Positions 50,293 through 60,040 of a stretch of DNA of 64,000 bases are shown piece after piece. Below the pieces are notes generated by a model, which saw nothing but the letters and a program-made list of their open reading frames with translations, did not search any database and was not told the DNA's origin. Origin of the DNA: Longimicrobiales bacterium (GTDB lineage Bacteria > Gemmatimonadota > Gemmatimonadetes > Longimicrobiales > Gaopeijiaceae). The stretch lies in assembly GCA_965238005.1 (NCBI GenBank), contig OZ250165.1, forward strand, positions 2,080,001 to 2,144,000, written 5' to 3'. The first letter of the stretch is position 1; the number at the start of each line of letters is the position of its first letter. Position numbers and translations under genes: made by a program.

Positions 50293-50312
50293 CTAGAGGC
50301 TGTTGAAGAAGT
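50293..50312. repeat. Solo MITE/IS end related to the 41394 element
   Basis: ctagaggctgttgaagaagt here versus ctagaggcctgttgaagaagt at 41391. Confidence 0.6.
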
Positions 50313-50359
50313 ACAGTTCATACCAATTATTGTGTTGGGCACAGTTCGGTAGGCGGTCC

Positions 50360-51877
50360 TTAAGAGCTGTGAGACACCTCCAGGCCTTCTTCTCCCGTCC
50401 CGTACACGTAGTCCTCCAGGGCGCCGTGAATTCGACTTATCGTCTCGGCTGATGGTGGCGCGCTGAGCCGCGACACGACGATGCACACCGCCAAGTTCGC
50501 GGCCAAGGACCAGATGGCGCCGTGCACACCGAGTGGATGGGGCACGATTACCAGGGTCCAGTAGAGCGCGACCAGTCCGGCTCCGATGCCTGCCAGCACC
50601 CCCACCCTGCTGAATGGTCGACGAGTCGGGTAGCACACCCCCAGCGTCCCCGGCAGGAGCTGGAGCGCTCCCGCCCCTGACAGCGTCACCAGGGTCACGA
50701 GGAAGCCGAACGTATTCACGGAAAGCACGTAGCCTACCACCAGGAGCCCCAGCACAATCCCCCGCCCCACCCAGACGTAATGGCCCGCGTCACGGTCCGG
50801 AGCGATGTAGCGCTGGTAGACGTCTCGGGTCAGGACCGTCATGTTCGCGTGGAGTATGGAGTCCAGCGTGGACATGGCAGCCGCCGTGGCCCCGGCCAGG
50901 ATCAGCCCGGTGAGCCACGCCGGGGCGTAGCGGACCAGCAGCTCGGGGAAGATGCGGTCCGGAATGGCCAGATCCGGCAGGATGATGGCCCCGCCCAGAC
51001 CCACCAGGGCGGCCGGCATGTACATGGTCATGAGGAAGAGGGGTGTGGTGGCGCCCAACCACTTGATGACTCGCCCCGAGGTCGCCGTGTAGTAGCGGAT
51101 AAACATGTGGGGCTGGAGGACGATCCCGAAAGACAGGGCGACCGTCATGCCCACCCACATGCCCGGGGTGAAGAAGCCCTCGGGGCCAGGGAGCCTCAGA
51201 AGATCCGGACGCTCCTCCGCCACCCTGCGCCAAAGGGCCAGCGGACCACCGAACAGCCTCTCGGCCAGCACGAGAGCGCCGACCCACACGGCCACGTACA
51301 TCCACACGCCCTGGACCACGTCCGTCCAGTATACGGCCCGCAGCCCTCCGGCCATGAGGTATCCACCTGCGACGACGAGGAGAATGAGGGTCCCCATCTC
51401 GAAGGAGATCCGGTCGCCGGACGCCACGGAGATAATGTATCCCAGGCCCTGAGCCTGGACCTGGATGTACAACACGGTAAAAAGGACCGAGACGACCGCC
51501 ACGACCACACGGACGGCTTCGCTCTCATAGAAGTCGGCCAGCATGTCGGCGGGGGTGATGTAGCGGAAGCGCTTTCCCAACACCCAGATGCGGACGCCCA
51601 GCGTGTAGGTGATAGCCCCCATCAGGACCGTCCACGTCCCGGCCTCCCAGAAGCCGATCCCGTGCGTGTAGAAGAAGCCGCCGGAGCCCAGGAAGGCGAA
51701 CGCGGAGTGAATGCTGGCCACCACCGTGAGGTACAGGACCACGAACCCGGCTTGTCGGCCGTAGAGGAGAAAGTCCTCCAGGTCCACGGACAGGGCACGG
51801 TTCGCCAGGAATCCCAGGACGATGGTGACGAGGATGTAGGTGAAGATGAGGCCCGTTGCGACGACCCAGCTCTCCAC
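50360..51877 (-). CDS. Sodium:solute symporter family protein
   Basis: SAFAFLG, GGLRAVYWTDVVQG and AAAMSTLDS motifs. Confidence 0.92.
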   Translation of the reverse strand: MESWVVATGLIFTYILVTIVLGFLANRALSVDLEDFLLYGRQAGFVVLYLTVVASIHSAFAFLGSGGFFYTHGIGFWEAGTWTVLMGAITYTLGVRIWVLGKRFRYITPADMLADFYESEAVRVVVAVVSVLFTVLYIQVQAQGLGYIISVASGDRISFEMGTLILLVVAGGYLMAGGLRAVYWTDVVQGVWMYVAVWVGALVLAERLFGGPLALWRRVAEERPDLLRLPGPEGFFTPGMWVGMTVALSFGIVLQPHMFIRYYTATSGRVIKWLGATTPLFLMTMYMPAALVGLGGAIILPDLAIPDRIFPELLVRYAPAWLTGLILAGATAAAMSTLDSILHANMTVLTRDVYQRYIAPDRDAGHYVWVGRGIVLGLLVVGYVLSVNTFGFLVTLVTLSGAGALQLLPGTLGVCYPTRRPFSRVGVLAGIGAGLVALYWTLVIVPHPLGVHGAIWSLAANLAVCIVVSRLSAPPSAETISRIHGALEDYVYGTGEEGLEVSHSS

Positions 51878-51880
51878 GGA

Positions 51881-52105
51881 TCAGACCTTCTTCCGGAGCG
51901 TCCAGAGCAGAACGCCGATGAGCGCGAAATAGATGACGCCGAGGTACACGTAGAGGAAGGGCAGGCCGAGTACCGACGTGCCTTCGAAGTACCCGTCTAC
52001 CCAGAAGACGATGGGCGGCTGGGCCAGCGCCATGAGAGCCAGGAACGCGGTGACGCTGACCCACCCCGCCGAGGACCGGGGAACGTAATGGCTCGGGAAG
52101 CTCAT
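51881..52105 (-). CDS. Small 2-TM SSS accessory subunit (DUF3311-like)
   Basis: VLGLPFLY motif; directly upstream of the SSS gene. Confidence 0.75.
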   Translation of the reverse strand: MSFPSHYVPRSSAGWVSVTAFLALMALAQPPIVFWVDGYFEGTSVLGLPFLYVYLGVIYFALIGVLLWTLRKKV

Positions 52106-52113
52106 GACCTATC

Positions 52114-53526
52114 CTAGAAGAAGGCGACGTAGAGGGCCACGGCCAGAGCGGCACCCACTGCCGTGTTGGTGAGGTTGAGGAGCTCGTTGTCGGATCCCCT
52201 TCGCCCTCCCAGGACGGCACCGATGAAGGACTCTACCGTGGACCCGAAGAAGGCACCGAGGACCGCCGTCATCGCACCCGCGATCGTGACCAGGCCGACC
52301 GAGGAGGCGAGCATCGCCATGGCCAGCGCGGCCACAGCACCAGCCGCAGTCCCTTCGAGCGAAACGGCACCGGCCGTACCGGCCGGAACAGAATGAAGCG
52401 TCGTGATGAGGTGGTGTCGTCTCCCGTAGGCCTTACCGACCTCGGAGGCAGTGGTGTCGAAGATGGCCGTGGCGAAGGCCGCCACCATGGCCAGTGTGAA
52501 GAGCTCCGGGAAGAGCGTGGCCACCGCCAAGAAGCCGAAGGCCACGCCGGCGCCTGTGTTGGCGAAAGCGCTCCCCGCCCCTCTCCGTCCCTCCCTCTCC
52601 TGGGCGATGCCGAGGGCAGCCTTGCGTGAGTGGCCCAAGCGGGTCACGCCCACGCCTCCGACCACGAGCAGGATCAGCAGGGCGAAGCCCGGCCAGCCAG
52701 CGAACGCGTACAGAAGGGTGCCCACGACCGTGCCCGCGAAGGCTCCGTCCTGGTCCACCGACCGAGTGGCGTACGCCAGCACCGCGAACGGCGCCGTGAC
52801 GATAAGCCCCCATATCAGACCGAGCGCCAGCACTGGGATTCTCTCCACCACCTGGGACGGATCGACCAGCGTGGCCGCCAGGAGTACCGCACCCCCCACC
52901 ACCGGCACCAACACGTTGTCGTCTACGCTGGTCTCCATCGACTCTGCAAATGCGGCCGCTACTGCCGCCGCCACGCAGCCGAACAGCAGAAACGTCAAGC
53001 CCCCGGCCTCCATGAGCCGGCCCGGGAAGAACGACGCACCGACCCAGGTCACTTCGACCTCGGGCCACACGGCGGTAGCGCCCCGGGCACGCTGCGTCCA
53101 GCGGATCAGGAAAGCGCAGGCGGCCGCCCCGAACAGCACGAAGGCGCCGAGGCCAGACCACGTCTTCCTCTCGTTCCACGGAAACCGTGGACCGCCGACC
53201 GCCAGGCCTGAGAGGGTGGCCATGCCGTCCCCCACAGCCATGAGCGCCCAGATGCCTGCCGCCAGCTCGAGCCGTGACTGAAAGACGACGAACACGCCCA
53301 GCAGGACGGCGGGGTAGATCACGATGCCCGCCGAGAAGCCTCTTTCCCGCTCATCGGGCCGTAACAGCCTCCTCCCCGTCAGGCGGTGCAAGAAGAAGAG
53401 ATTCAGCACCAGAGCGGCCACCGCCATCAAGACAGCCTGCCATGGTGTCAGCCAGCGCAGAAGGAGGGCGAAGCCCCCCATGGAGATGTGCACGACCTTC
53501 CGGGGAAGCTCCGAGCGGAGCGTCAT
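52114..53526 (-). CDS. Polyprenol/phytol-kinase-like domain fused to DUF92 (TMEM19) domain
   Basis: N-terminal RKVVHI, GDGMA..G, KTWSG and DDN motifs; C-terminal R.AG..FAN, DT.ASEVG and GAVSLEG motifs. Confidence 0.8.
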   Translation of the reverse strand: MTLRSELPRKVVHISMGGFALLLRWLTPWQAVLMAVAALVLNLFFLHRLTGRRLLRPDERERGFSAGIVIYPAVLLGVFVVFQSRLELAAGIWALMAVGDGMATLSGLAVGGPRFPWNERKTWSGLGAFVLFGAAACAFLIRWTQRARGATAVWPEVEVTWVGASFFPGRLMEAGGLTFLLFGCVAAAVAAAFAESMETSVDDNVLVPVVGGAVLLAATLVDPSQVVERIPVLALGLIWGLIVTAPFAVLAYATRSVDQDGAFAGTVVGTLLYAFAGWPGFALLILLVVGGVGVTRLGHSRKAALGIAQEREGRRGAGSAFANTGAGVAFGFLAVATLFPELFTLAMVAAFATAIFDTTASEVGKAYGRRHHLITTLHSVPAGTAGAVSLEGTAAGAVAALAMAMLASSVGLVTIAGAMTAVLGAFFGSTVESFIGAVLGGRRGSDNELLNLTNTAVGAALAVALYVAFF

Positions 53527-53599
53527 GGCATCCAGCCTGGGCGGGTGGCTTCTCGGCCCACCTGTGTGGTCGGGACGGACGGCGGAGTGCGGCACGGGC

Positions 53600-55891
53600 T
53601 CAGCCGAACATTCGCTTGAAGACCGAGCGGACATGACCTTCGTACCGCTTCACCACCAGCACGGATGCCGGTGAATAGCGGGCCACCTTCTCGGGAATCT
53701 CACCGAAGAGGACTTGCCGGAAGAACGGCTCCCGCGCCGCGCCCAGGACCACGAGATCGAAGTCCTTGCTGGCCCGCGCAATCCCGCCGGCGATGGTCTT
53801 TGCTTCGATGAGGAATCGGTCGACCTGGACCTGCGGTCCCATTCGGGACAGGGTCTTGTCGATCCACCGCTCGGCCTCGGCCCGGTCCGCGGGCGACGCG
53901 TCCGGATCCACGATGTGGCACGCCGTTACCGTCATGTGGAAGGCAGGAGCGAGGACGTTCAGGAGCTCGGCGACCAAAAGAGCATGGGCTCCTCCCGCGG
54001 TCGGGAAGAGACAGCGGTTGGGCAACTGGGGGTCGGCTATCTTGAGGAGGGCCAGGTCACAGGGGGCGTTGCGGATCACCTGGTCGGCCACCTCCCCGAA
54101 GATCCGGTCGCCTGTGTCCGTGTACCCCTTCCAGCCCATGACCAGCATATCGGCGCCGCTTCGGCGGGCGCCCGCCAAGATGCCGTCATGGGCGTGGTGG
54201 GCCACGATCACGTCGGTCTCCAACTCCACACCTCGGAACGCGGCGTGCTCCAGACCGTTCTTGAGCAGGGCTTCCCTGTGATGAGCGAATCGGAGCCCCT
54301 CATGAATGGGAAGCTGGCGGGGCACCTGGACCACCGAGATGGCGGTCGTCTTGAGACCGCGTGCCTCGGCGATGGGTTGAGCGTAGTCCAGGAGGACGTG
54401 CACGTGGTCGGGGTTGTGGAGCGGTACCACGACGGTTTCGTGGACCGCCGGCTCAGCCGGTCGACGTGGCTCGAGGATCTGCGGACGGACCTCCGCTGCC
54501 TGCCTGGCGAAGTACGCGTAGTAGAGCACCAGCCCGGCGAGGATCCACCCACCAGTCACGTACCAGGCCAACGGCTGGAACCTGAACTGGTAGACGGCCA
54601 GATACACGTTCAGGACAATCCCGAGGACGGGTACGACCGGGTACAGCGGGACCTTGTAGCGCCGCGGTAGGTCTGGCGCCTTCCTTCGCAGCGTGATCAC
54701 CGAGAGGTTCACCATGGCGAAGGTGAGGAGGAAGATGAGGCTCGCAGCCGAGCCCACCGCCTCGATCGGCAGCGTCAGCGCCATGGCCAGCAGGATCACC
54801 CCGGTGACGATGATGGCGATGTGGGGGGTGCGACGCTCCGGATGGATCGTGGCCATGGAGACGGGCAGCAGACGGTCCCGCCCCATGGAGAACGCGACCC
54901 GTGACGAGGCCATGACCGTGGCGTTCAAGGCCGACATCGTGGAGAGCAGGCCGCCGAAGACGATGACGGCCACGCCGAACGCCGGCATGAAGCCCTCGGC
55001 CGCGCGTACGATGGCCGTCTCCCCGTAGTCTCCCAGAAAGCGCCACGAGGGCCGGCCGTCGGGAGGCCGCACGGCCGCAAGCGACACGAAGAGGATCAGG
55101 AGATACATGATCATCGTGATGCCGAGGGAGATGAAGGTCGCCCTCGGGATGTTCTTCTCCGGCTCCTTGATCTCCTCGGCCACCGTGGCGATGAGGTCGT
55201 ATCCCTCGAAGGCGATGAACGTGAGGCCCATGGCGACGATCACGCCGCCCATCCCCTGCGGGAAGAAGGGGTTGAAGCTGGCGGCCGCCTGCCCCGGCTC
55301 CTCGAAGACCCGCCGGAGCCCGTAAACGATGAAGACGCCGAGCACGAGGAGCTTGGTGACCGTGAGGAAGTTCTCGGCCTTCCCCGTTACTTCCGCCCCC
55401 CGGACGTTCAGTCGGATGAAGAGGACGCCCACGACAAGAGTGACAAGCAGAATCGCGCCATGCTCGCCCACGACTCCGAATGCACCTCCTGCGAGGCTGG
55501 GTATGTACTTGAGGAAGAACTCCCAGAAGTAGCCGGCGAAGCCAAGGGCGTAGAGGCTGCACGCAACGGTGTAAGCGAACCACAGCATCCAGCCCGCCGT
55601 GAATCCCACCACCCCTGGGAAGGCACGGCGCACGTAGGCGTATCCACCTCCGGCCTCCGGAATGGCCGTGGCGAGCTCGGCGTAGGCGAAGGCCGTGAGC
55701 AGGGTCACCGCGCCATTCAGCGCGAAGGCGAGGATGGAGGCAGGCCCTGACTCGCCCGCGGCGATTCCGGTAAGGACGAAGATGCCGGCGCCGATCATGG
55801 CGCCGACCCCGATCATGGTGGCATCGAAGAGCCCGAGGTCTCGGGCGAAGGCGGGCGCGCCGGGTGTGGAGCCTTCGGCGTTCGAGCTCAC
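53600..55891 (-). CDS. APC amino acid permease with C-terminal universal stress protein domains
   Basis: GAMIGAGIF, FIAFEGYD and AEEIKEP motifs; two USP-like domains (FGEVADQVIRNAPC, FGEIPEKVARYSP). Confidence 0.92.
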   Translation of the reverse strand: MSSNAEGSTPGAPAFARDLGLFDATMIGVGAMIGAGIFVLTGIAAGESGPASILAFALNGAVTLLTAFAYAELATAIPEAGGGYAYVRRAFPGVVGFTAGWMLWFAYTVACSLYALGFAGYFWEFFLKYIPSLAGGAFGVVGEHGAILLVTLVVGVLFIRLNVRGAEVTGKAENFLTVTKLLVLGVFIVYGLRRVFEEPGQAAASFNPFFPQGMGGVIVAMGLTFIAFEGYDLIATVAEEIKEPEKNIPRATFISLGITMIMYLLILFVSLAAVRPPDGRPSWRFLGDYGETAIVRAAEGFMPAFGVAVIVFGGLLSTMSALNATVMASSRVAFSMGRDRLLPVSMATIHPERRTPHIAIIVTGVILLAMALTLPIEAVGSAASLIFLLTFAMVNLSVITLRRKAPDLPRRYKVPLYPVVPVLGIVLNVYLAVYQFRFQPLAWYVTGGWILAGLVLYYAYFARQAAEVRPQILEPRRPAEPAVHETVVVPLHNPDHVHVLLDYAQPIAEARGLKTTAISVVQVPRQLPIHEGLRFAHHREALLKNGLEHAAFRGVELETDVIVAHHAHDGILAGARRSGADMLVMGWKGYTDTGDRIFGEVADQVIRNAPCDLALLKIADPQLPNRCLFPTAGGAHALLVAELLNVLAPAFHMTVTACHIVDPDASPADRAEAERWIDKTLSRMGPQVQVDRFLIEAKTIAGGIARASKDFDLVVLGAAREPFFRQVLFGEIPEKVARYSPASVLVVKRYEGHVRSVFKRMFG

Positions 55892-56687
55892 GCCAAGGCG
55901 GGTTCCGCTGAGTTCGCTCTGTAGGGCATGGGCCTCCTTACGAATCCTCTTCCGTGTTCAGGCTCCCATGGTCGGGGGGGCGCTCCAAGCTAGTGGCTCG
56001 TTCAGGATTTGCCACCATCGTAGGCCGAATCCCAGGTCTTCTCGGAGGCCGCGAAGTCACACTTGCTCCGGGTGAGTCGATGAGGGACTATTGACCTCTC
56101 AATCCGCCCTGCGCGAGGGGCCACGATGCGTGCAGGACGCATTCGGGCACACCGAGGAATCCCTCCACATCTTCGAAACGTAAGGAAGGGACCTCCTCAT
56201 CCAGCGCACTTGATGATCAACGCGACCGTCATGGCGAGCTTTGCGTACCATGCGGCCATGCGGGACGAGAGGATTCCTCGGAAGCCCTGACGAGATACGC
56301 TCTGTCCTGCTGATGGTCCTCGCGGTCGCCGGCACGCCCTCGTACGTATACTCACGGTATAAAGATACGTATACTTCTTGGTTCCTCCGCTGCCGACCCG
56401 CTTGCCTGCACTGCGGTGCTCGGGCTTGGCGAGTCGACATTGGGAGTTGAAGCGCTGCACTGTGCAGGCGGGGTCAGCTACGGGAGGGCCTCCGCCCCAG
56501 GGAGGACGTCGCGAAGCCGGCGCTAAGTTCCCTCAGGGTAGCCGAGAATCGCCGCCACTCACGGACTCGCTGCGTTTCAGGGCTCTAGGCATACCTGCGG
56601 CTTGAACTTGTGGCGGGGCAGAGGATCTAGATCATATACGCCCGATTCGTCTGCATCGAGAGAGCGAGGGCGAGTGTTGGTTCGAGC

Positions 56688-57060
56688 CTACCCATCCGGC
56701 GGACCATCAGCAACTGCATTCGCGACGGCCTCGAGAAGCTCATCGCGGTCGATAGGCTTTTCGAACGAGGCGACGGCACCCATGGCCTCGGCCCGAGCAA
56801 GTAGTTCCGGCCACTTCCCAGAGACGGCGATTATCGCCGCCTCCGGATACAAACCCAGTAGCCCCTCGATCAGTTCGAGCCCATCGACGTTGGGCATGTG
56901 AAGGGTCCGCGACGACGACGTCAATGTCCTTCTGAAGGTAGGTCTCGAAGGCTTGCTCGCCATCCCAAGCGAAGTAGGTCTCGTGACCCGATCCCTCGAA
57001 GATCGCACGCAGGAGGAGGGCATCCCCAGATTCATCTTCGACGATCAGTATTCGAGCCAC
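56688..57060 (-). pseudogene. Single-domain response regulator, frameshifted
   Basis: MARILIVEDE...DVVVAD in one frame continues as LHMPNVDGLELI...FEKP in another. The shift is near 56905. Confidence 0.8.
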
Positions 57061-57097
57061 GATGGAACCTCCCCTGCCATTCTCGCGGTTGCCGGCT

Positions 57098-57304
57098 TCA
57101 CCCATCGGCTCCGCGCACCCTCTGGGCATGATCGAGCCGAATCTCGAGCTCCTTGTCGGTGAGGCTGTCTAGCTCGGCTAGGCGGTGCAGCAGCGCGGTA
57201 CGCCGGTCGCCGCCACGAATGAAGACGACCTCCATCCCTAGCCCACGAATCAGCACCCAGACCTTGCCGTCCCTCGGATCCGTCCAGTTCCGCGTGCGGT
57301 CCAT
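57098..57304 (-). CDS. Small hypothetical protein, WxDxRDGxxW family copy 3
   Basis: MDRTRNWTDPRDGKVW...LTDKELEIRLDHA; paralog of 58131-58325. Confidence 0.7.
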   Translation of the reverse strand: MDRTRNWTDPRDGKVWVLIRGLGMEVVFIRGGDRRTALLHRLAELDSLTDKELEIRLDHAQRVRGADG

Positions 57305-57308
57305 GCCT

Positions 57309-57531
57309 TCATCTCTTGGCCTCGTCGAGGAGGCCCTGCAGCTCTGCGTCGGAGCGATCCTCGAGTCCGACCTCGAAGTCCACCTCGATGCTGTAGTGCT
57401 CGCCCTCTTCGGCCGCGAACAACCAGCACGTCCCGATCTCCTCGATCGAACCAGAGCATCCAGTAACTGCCGTCGCGGCGATCGAACCACCCGCGCATCG
57501 GAGTTACCGTTTCGTCAGATGCTTCAGGCAT
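57309..57531 (-). pseudogene. Small hypothetical protein, WxDxRDGxxW family copy 2, frameshifted
   Basis: MRGWFDRRDGSYWMLWFDRGDRDVL, then after a 1-nt shift LFAAEEGEHYSIEV...SDAELQGLLDEAKR*. Confidence 0.7.
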
Positions 57532-57734
57532 CAGCCGAACGCCCGACGCGTCGGAGGCCCATGCTCATGGTGCACGATCACCACGCTGGGCTCGAATGCC
57601 TCAGCAAGGTGGAAGGCACCGCTGACCGCTTCCTCCTTGGACCGATATCGAAGTGCGTCCACAGCCGTGTCCCATCGACGAACTGCCCAGTAGTCGCCGA
57701 CCTGACGGACATGGAAGATGGAACGCTTAGCCAT
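57531..57734 (-). CDS. DUF2188-like small protein
   Basis: FHV....WAVRR........Y.SKEEAV..A..LA....S.V.VH...G pattern. Confidence 0.65.
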   Translation of the reverse strand: MAKRSIFHVRQVGDYWAVRRWDTAVDALRYRSKEEAVSGAFHLAEAFEPSVVIVHHEHGPPTRRAFG

Positions 57735-57809
57735 CGGTCCCGCGGCTTCGAGAATGTCACTAGGCTGGAAGTCGTCTGGCCCTGCCCTCGCTCGCCAGCC
57801 TCACCGCCC

Positions 57810-58094
57810 CTATTTGTTGTACTTGGGCTTGGACCTCTTGATGCTGCGCGCCTCCGCTTCCCGCGCGTCAGCGATCGAGCTTTTTGGGGTGATCTCAACC
57901 GTTTTGGCACCCGGAATCGCGTCGGGTCCTCCGGGCAGATGTTCCATGAGCCGCTCTGCGACACGTCCTTTCTTCGCCACCCCGGTGTATGTGTTGGTCC
58001 CAGATCGGTTGCGGATCTTGTAGACGACCGGTTTGTCCTGGGCCAGTGATTCGATGCCCGCCTTACTAAACCGGGCCTTCTTTTTTCCCGCCAT
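57810..58094 (-). CDS. Stand-alone minimal GIY-YIG nuclease family protein
   Basis: VVYKI...TYTG...RLMEH...AE...KPKYN; ggagg RBS. Confidence 0.75.
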   Translation of the reverse strand: MAGKKKARFSKAGIESLAQDKPVVYKIRNRSGTNTYTGVAKKGRVAERLMEHLPGGPDAIPGAKTVEITPKSSIADAREAEARSIKRSKPKYNK

Positions 58095-58130
58095 GATGTA
58101 CCTCCGAGGTAATAGTCATGATCGTCCCTC

Positions 58131-58325
58131 CTACCCCCTGGCCCGATCCAGCAGCGCTTCGAGCTCGTTGTCGGTCACGTCGGCAAGCGGCGTATCCGAT
58201 CGCACCTCCGCCGTGAACTGCTTGCCATCCGCCGCGAACGCCAGCACTCCGCGCCGCTCACCCCGTTCGAGCCAGAGCAGCCAGTGCTTGCCGTCCCTCG
58301 GGTCGGTCCAGTCGCGGTGGGTCAT
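58131..58325 (-). CDS. Small hypothetical protein, WxDxRDGxxW family copy 1
   Basis: MTHRDWTDPRDGKHWLLW...LAFAA...VTDNELEALLDRARG. Confidence 0.72.
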   Translation of the reverse strand: MTHRDWTDPRDGKHWLLWLERGERRGVLAFAADGKQFTAEVRSDTPLADVTDNELEALLDRARG

Positions 58326-58438
58326 ACCTCGGCCCCGACCACGGTTGCGAGTTCCGGCTTCAGAACCTTCGGCGCGACCTTCCGCTCGTGCTTGATGTCT
58401 TCAGCCAGGTAGACCGTAGCCATGCCGCCCTCACCTAG
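58322..58438 (-). pseudogene. Ser/Thr protein kinase fragment (subdomains I-II only)
   Basis: LGEGGMATVYLAEDIKHERKVAPKVLKPELATVVGAE, cut at the IS end. Confidence 0.8.
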
Positions 58439-60040
58439 GAGTCTGCGCCGCAGAAGCACAGCTGACTGAGCCGAATGGTCATCGAGCCGTCCGCGGCGAG
58501 GCGGATCCGGGTGATTGGGAGGTTGAGGACTTGTGTCTGCGACGGATCGGGAGAGCGGAATGGATGCGTTGGGGGGGGCAAGAGAGCTACGAGAGCCCTC
58601 GCGCCGGCAGATGCGGGTGAACCCTCGTGCAGTCATGCCGCCTGAAGGGTGTGCAGCCGCTTCACATTGAGTGCCAGGCACACGAGGGTCCACTCGGCCC
58701 GGACCTTCTCGAGGCCCCGGAAGCTGAATCGTCGAAAGCCCATCACTTCCTTGATCCAGCCGATGGGCGCCTCGGCCTGCGACTTTCGCCGTGCGTAGCG
58801 TCTGCGGCCATCTTCGCTCGCCAGCTTCTCCGCCATGCGGACTTTCGCCGGATATTCCTCCTTGTCAACCGTGGGGGCGGCCTTGCCCTCCCGGGCCAGC
58901 GCCACATACCCGTCGATGTCTCGCTCTTCCAGTTCCTCGAGATCCCGCTCGTTGCAATAGCCCGTGTCCGCCAGCACCTGCGCCGGCGTCTCGCCGTACG
59001 CTTGCGCCACCGCGTCGACCATGGGCACCAGCTGGCCCTGGTCGCTCGCGTTGTCCGTCACCTCGGCCCCGACCACCAGCTGGTTCTCCCCCTCCACGAC
59101 CGTCTGTGCGTTGTAGCACTGCTGGAACCCCTCCGAACTCGTCTTCATGATCCGGCTCTCAGGGTCCGTGAAGTTGCTCTGCGCCGCCTCGTCCGGCTCT
59201 CCGTACTCCCGCTTGTAGGGCCTGCCGCCCTTCGGGTTGCGCGTCTGCCCCGGCTTGCGGCCCCGTGCGTCGTCCGCCGCTCTCTGCTCGGCTTCCAGGC
59301 GCGCCTTCGCCTCCCGGATCGCCGCCAGCCGGTCCTCGCGCCGCTTGAGCTCCTCCGGCACCTCGTCTCCGCATGCTTCCTCGCCGTAGCGCTCGTCTTC
59401 CGCTTCGTCCACCGCCTCGGCCCTCTCCAACAGCCCCCGGATCTCCGCCTCCAGCCGAGGCTCCCCGGTCACCATCCGGCCGTAGCTCATCGCCTTGCGC
59501 TTGTTCGCGTTCGCCCGAACCTTCGTCCCGTCCACCGACACCCTGCCAAGCCCCGCCAGCCCCAAGGCCCGCGCGAGCATCACCACCTCCACAAACACCG
59601 CCCGGAAATCCCCGAGATGGCGCTTGCGGAACTCGCACAGCGTCCGGTGCTTCGGGAAGTTCTCCGCCGCCAGCATCCGAAACGCGACATCCTCCTCCAG
59701 CTTCCTCGCCATCTTCCGCGACGAGAAGGTGCCCGTCGCATACGCGTAGATCAGCACCTTGACCATCATCCGAGGGTCGTACGGCGAGTTGCGCCGCCCG
59801 TCCCCCCGGTACCGCCCGTAGAACGCGCTCAGCTCCACCGCGTCCACCAGGTCGCTCACATGGTGCGCCAAATGACCCTCCGACACCCACTCCCGAAGAT
59901 CCGGAGGCAGCAACAACATCTGCTCCGGATCGTACGGTCGAAATGTCGTTCCCATTCACCCCCCTCGGTGATCCGCAAGCCTTCCCAATGCCTTCGCTAC
60001 CACCAAAGATAGCCGCCGCAGGGTTCTGCGGCGCAGACTC
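58439..60040 (-). mobile_element. IS1182-family insertion sequence, 1602 bp
   Basis: Perfect 17-bp IRs gagtctgcgccgcagaa (58439-58455) / ttctgcggcgcagactc (60024-60040); CTAG on both flanks. Confidence 0.92.
58633..59955 (-). CDS. IS1182-family DDE transposase
   Basis: YDPRMMVKVLIYAY, SSRKM, VDGTKVRANA, TDPESRIMK, YNAQ, ADTGY and E..G.IK..GFRRF..RG motifs. Confidence 0.95.
   Translation of the reverse strand: MGTTFRPYDPEQMLLLPPDLREWVSEGHLAHHVSDLVDAVELSAFYGRYRGDGRRNSPYDPRMMVKVLIYAYATGTFSSRKMARKLEEDVAFRMLAAENFPKHRTLCEFRKRHLGDFRAVFVEVVMLARALGLAGLGRVSVDGTKVRANANKRKAMSYGRMVTGEPRLEAEIRGLLERAEAVDEAEDERYGEEACGDEVPEELKRREDRLAAIREAKARLEAEQRAADDARGRKPGQTRNPKGGRPYKREYGEPDEAAQSNFTDPESRIMKTSSEGFQQCYNAQTVVEGENQLVVGAEVTDNASDQGQLVPMVDAVAQAYGETPAQVLADTGYCNERDLEELEERDIDGYVALAREGKAAPTVDKEEYPAKVRMAEKLASEDGRRRYARRKSQAEAPIGWIKEVMGFRRFSFRGLEKVRAEWTLVCLALNVKRLHTLQAA

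Noticed and set aside
56099..56460. Small ORFs, including a 20-aa hydrophobic peptide resembling a type I toxin
   Set aside because: No clear RBS, antisense partner or recognisable homology.
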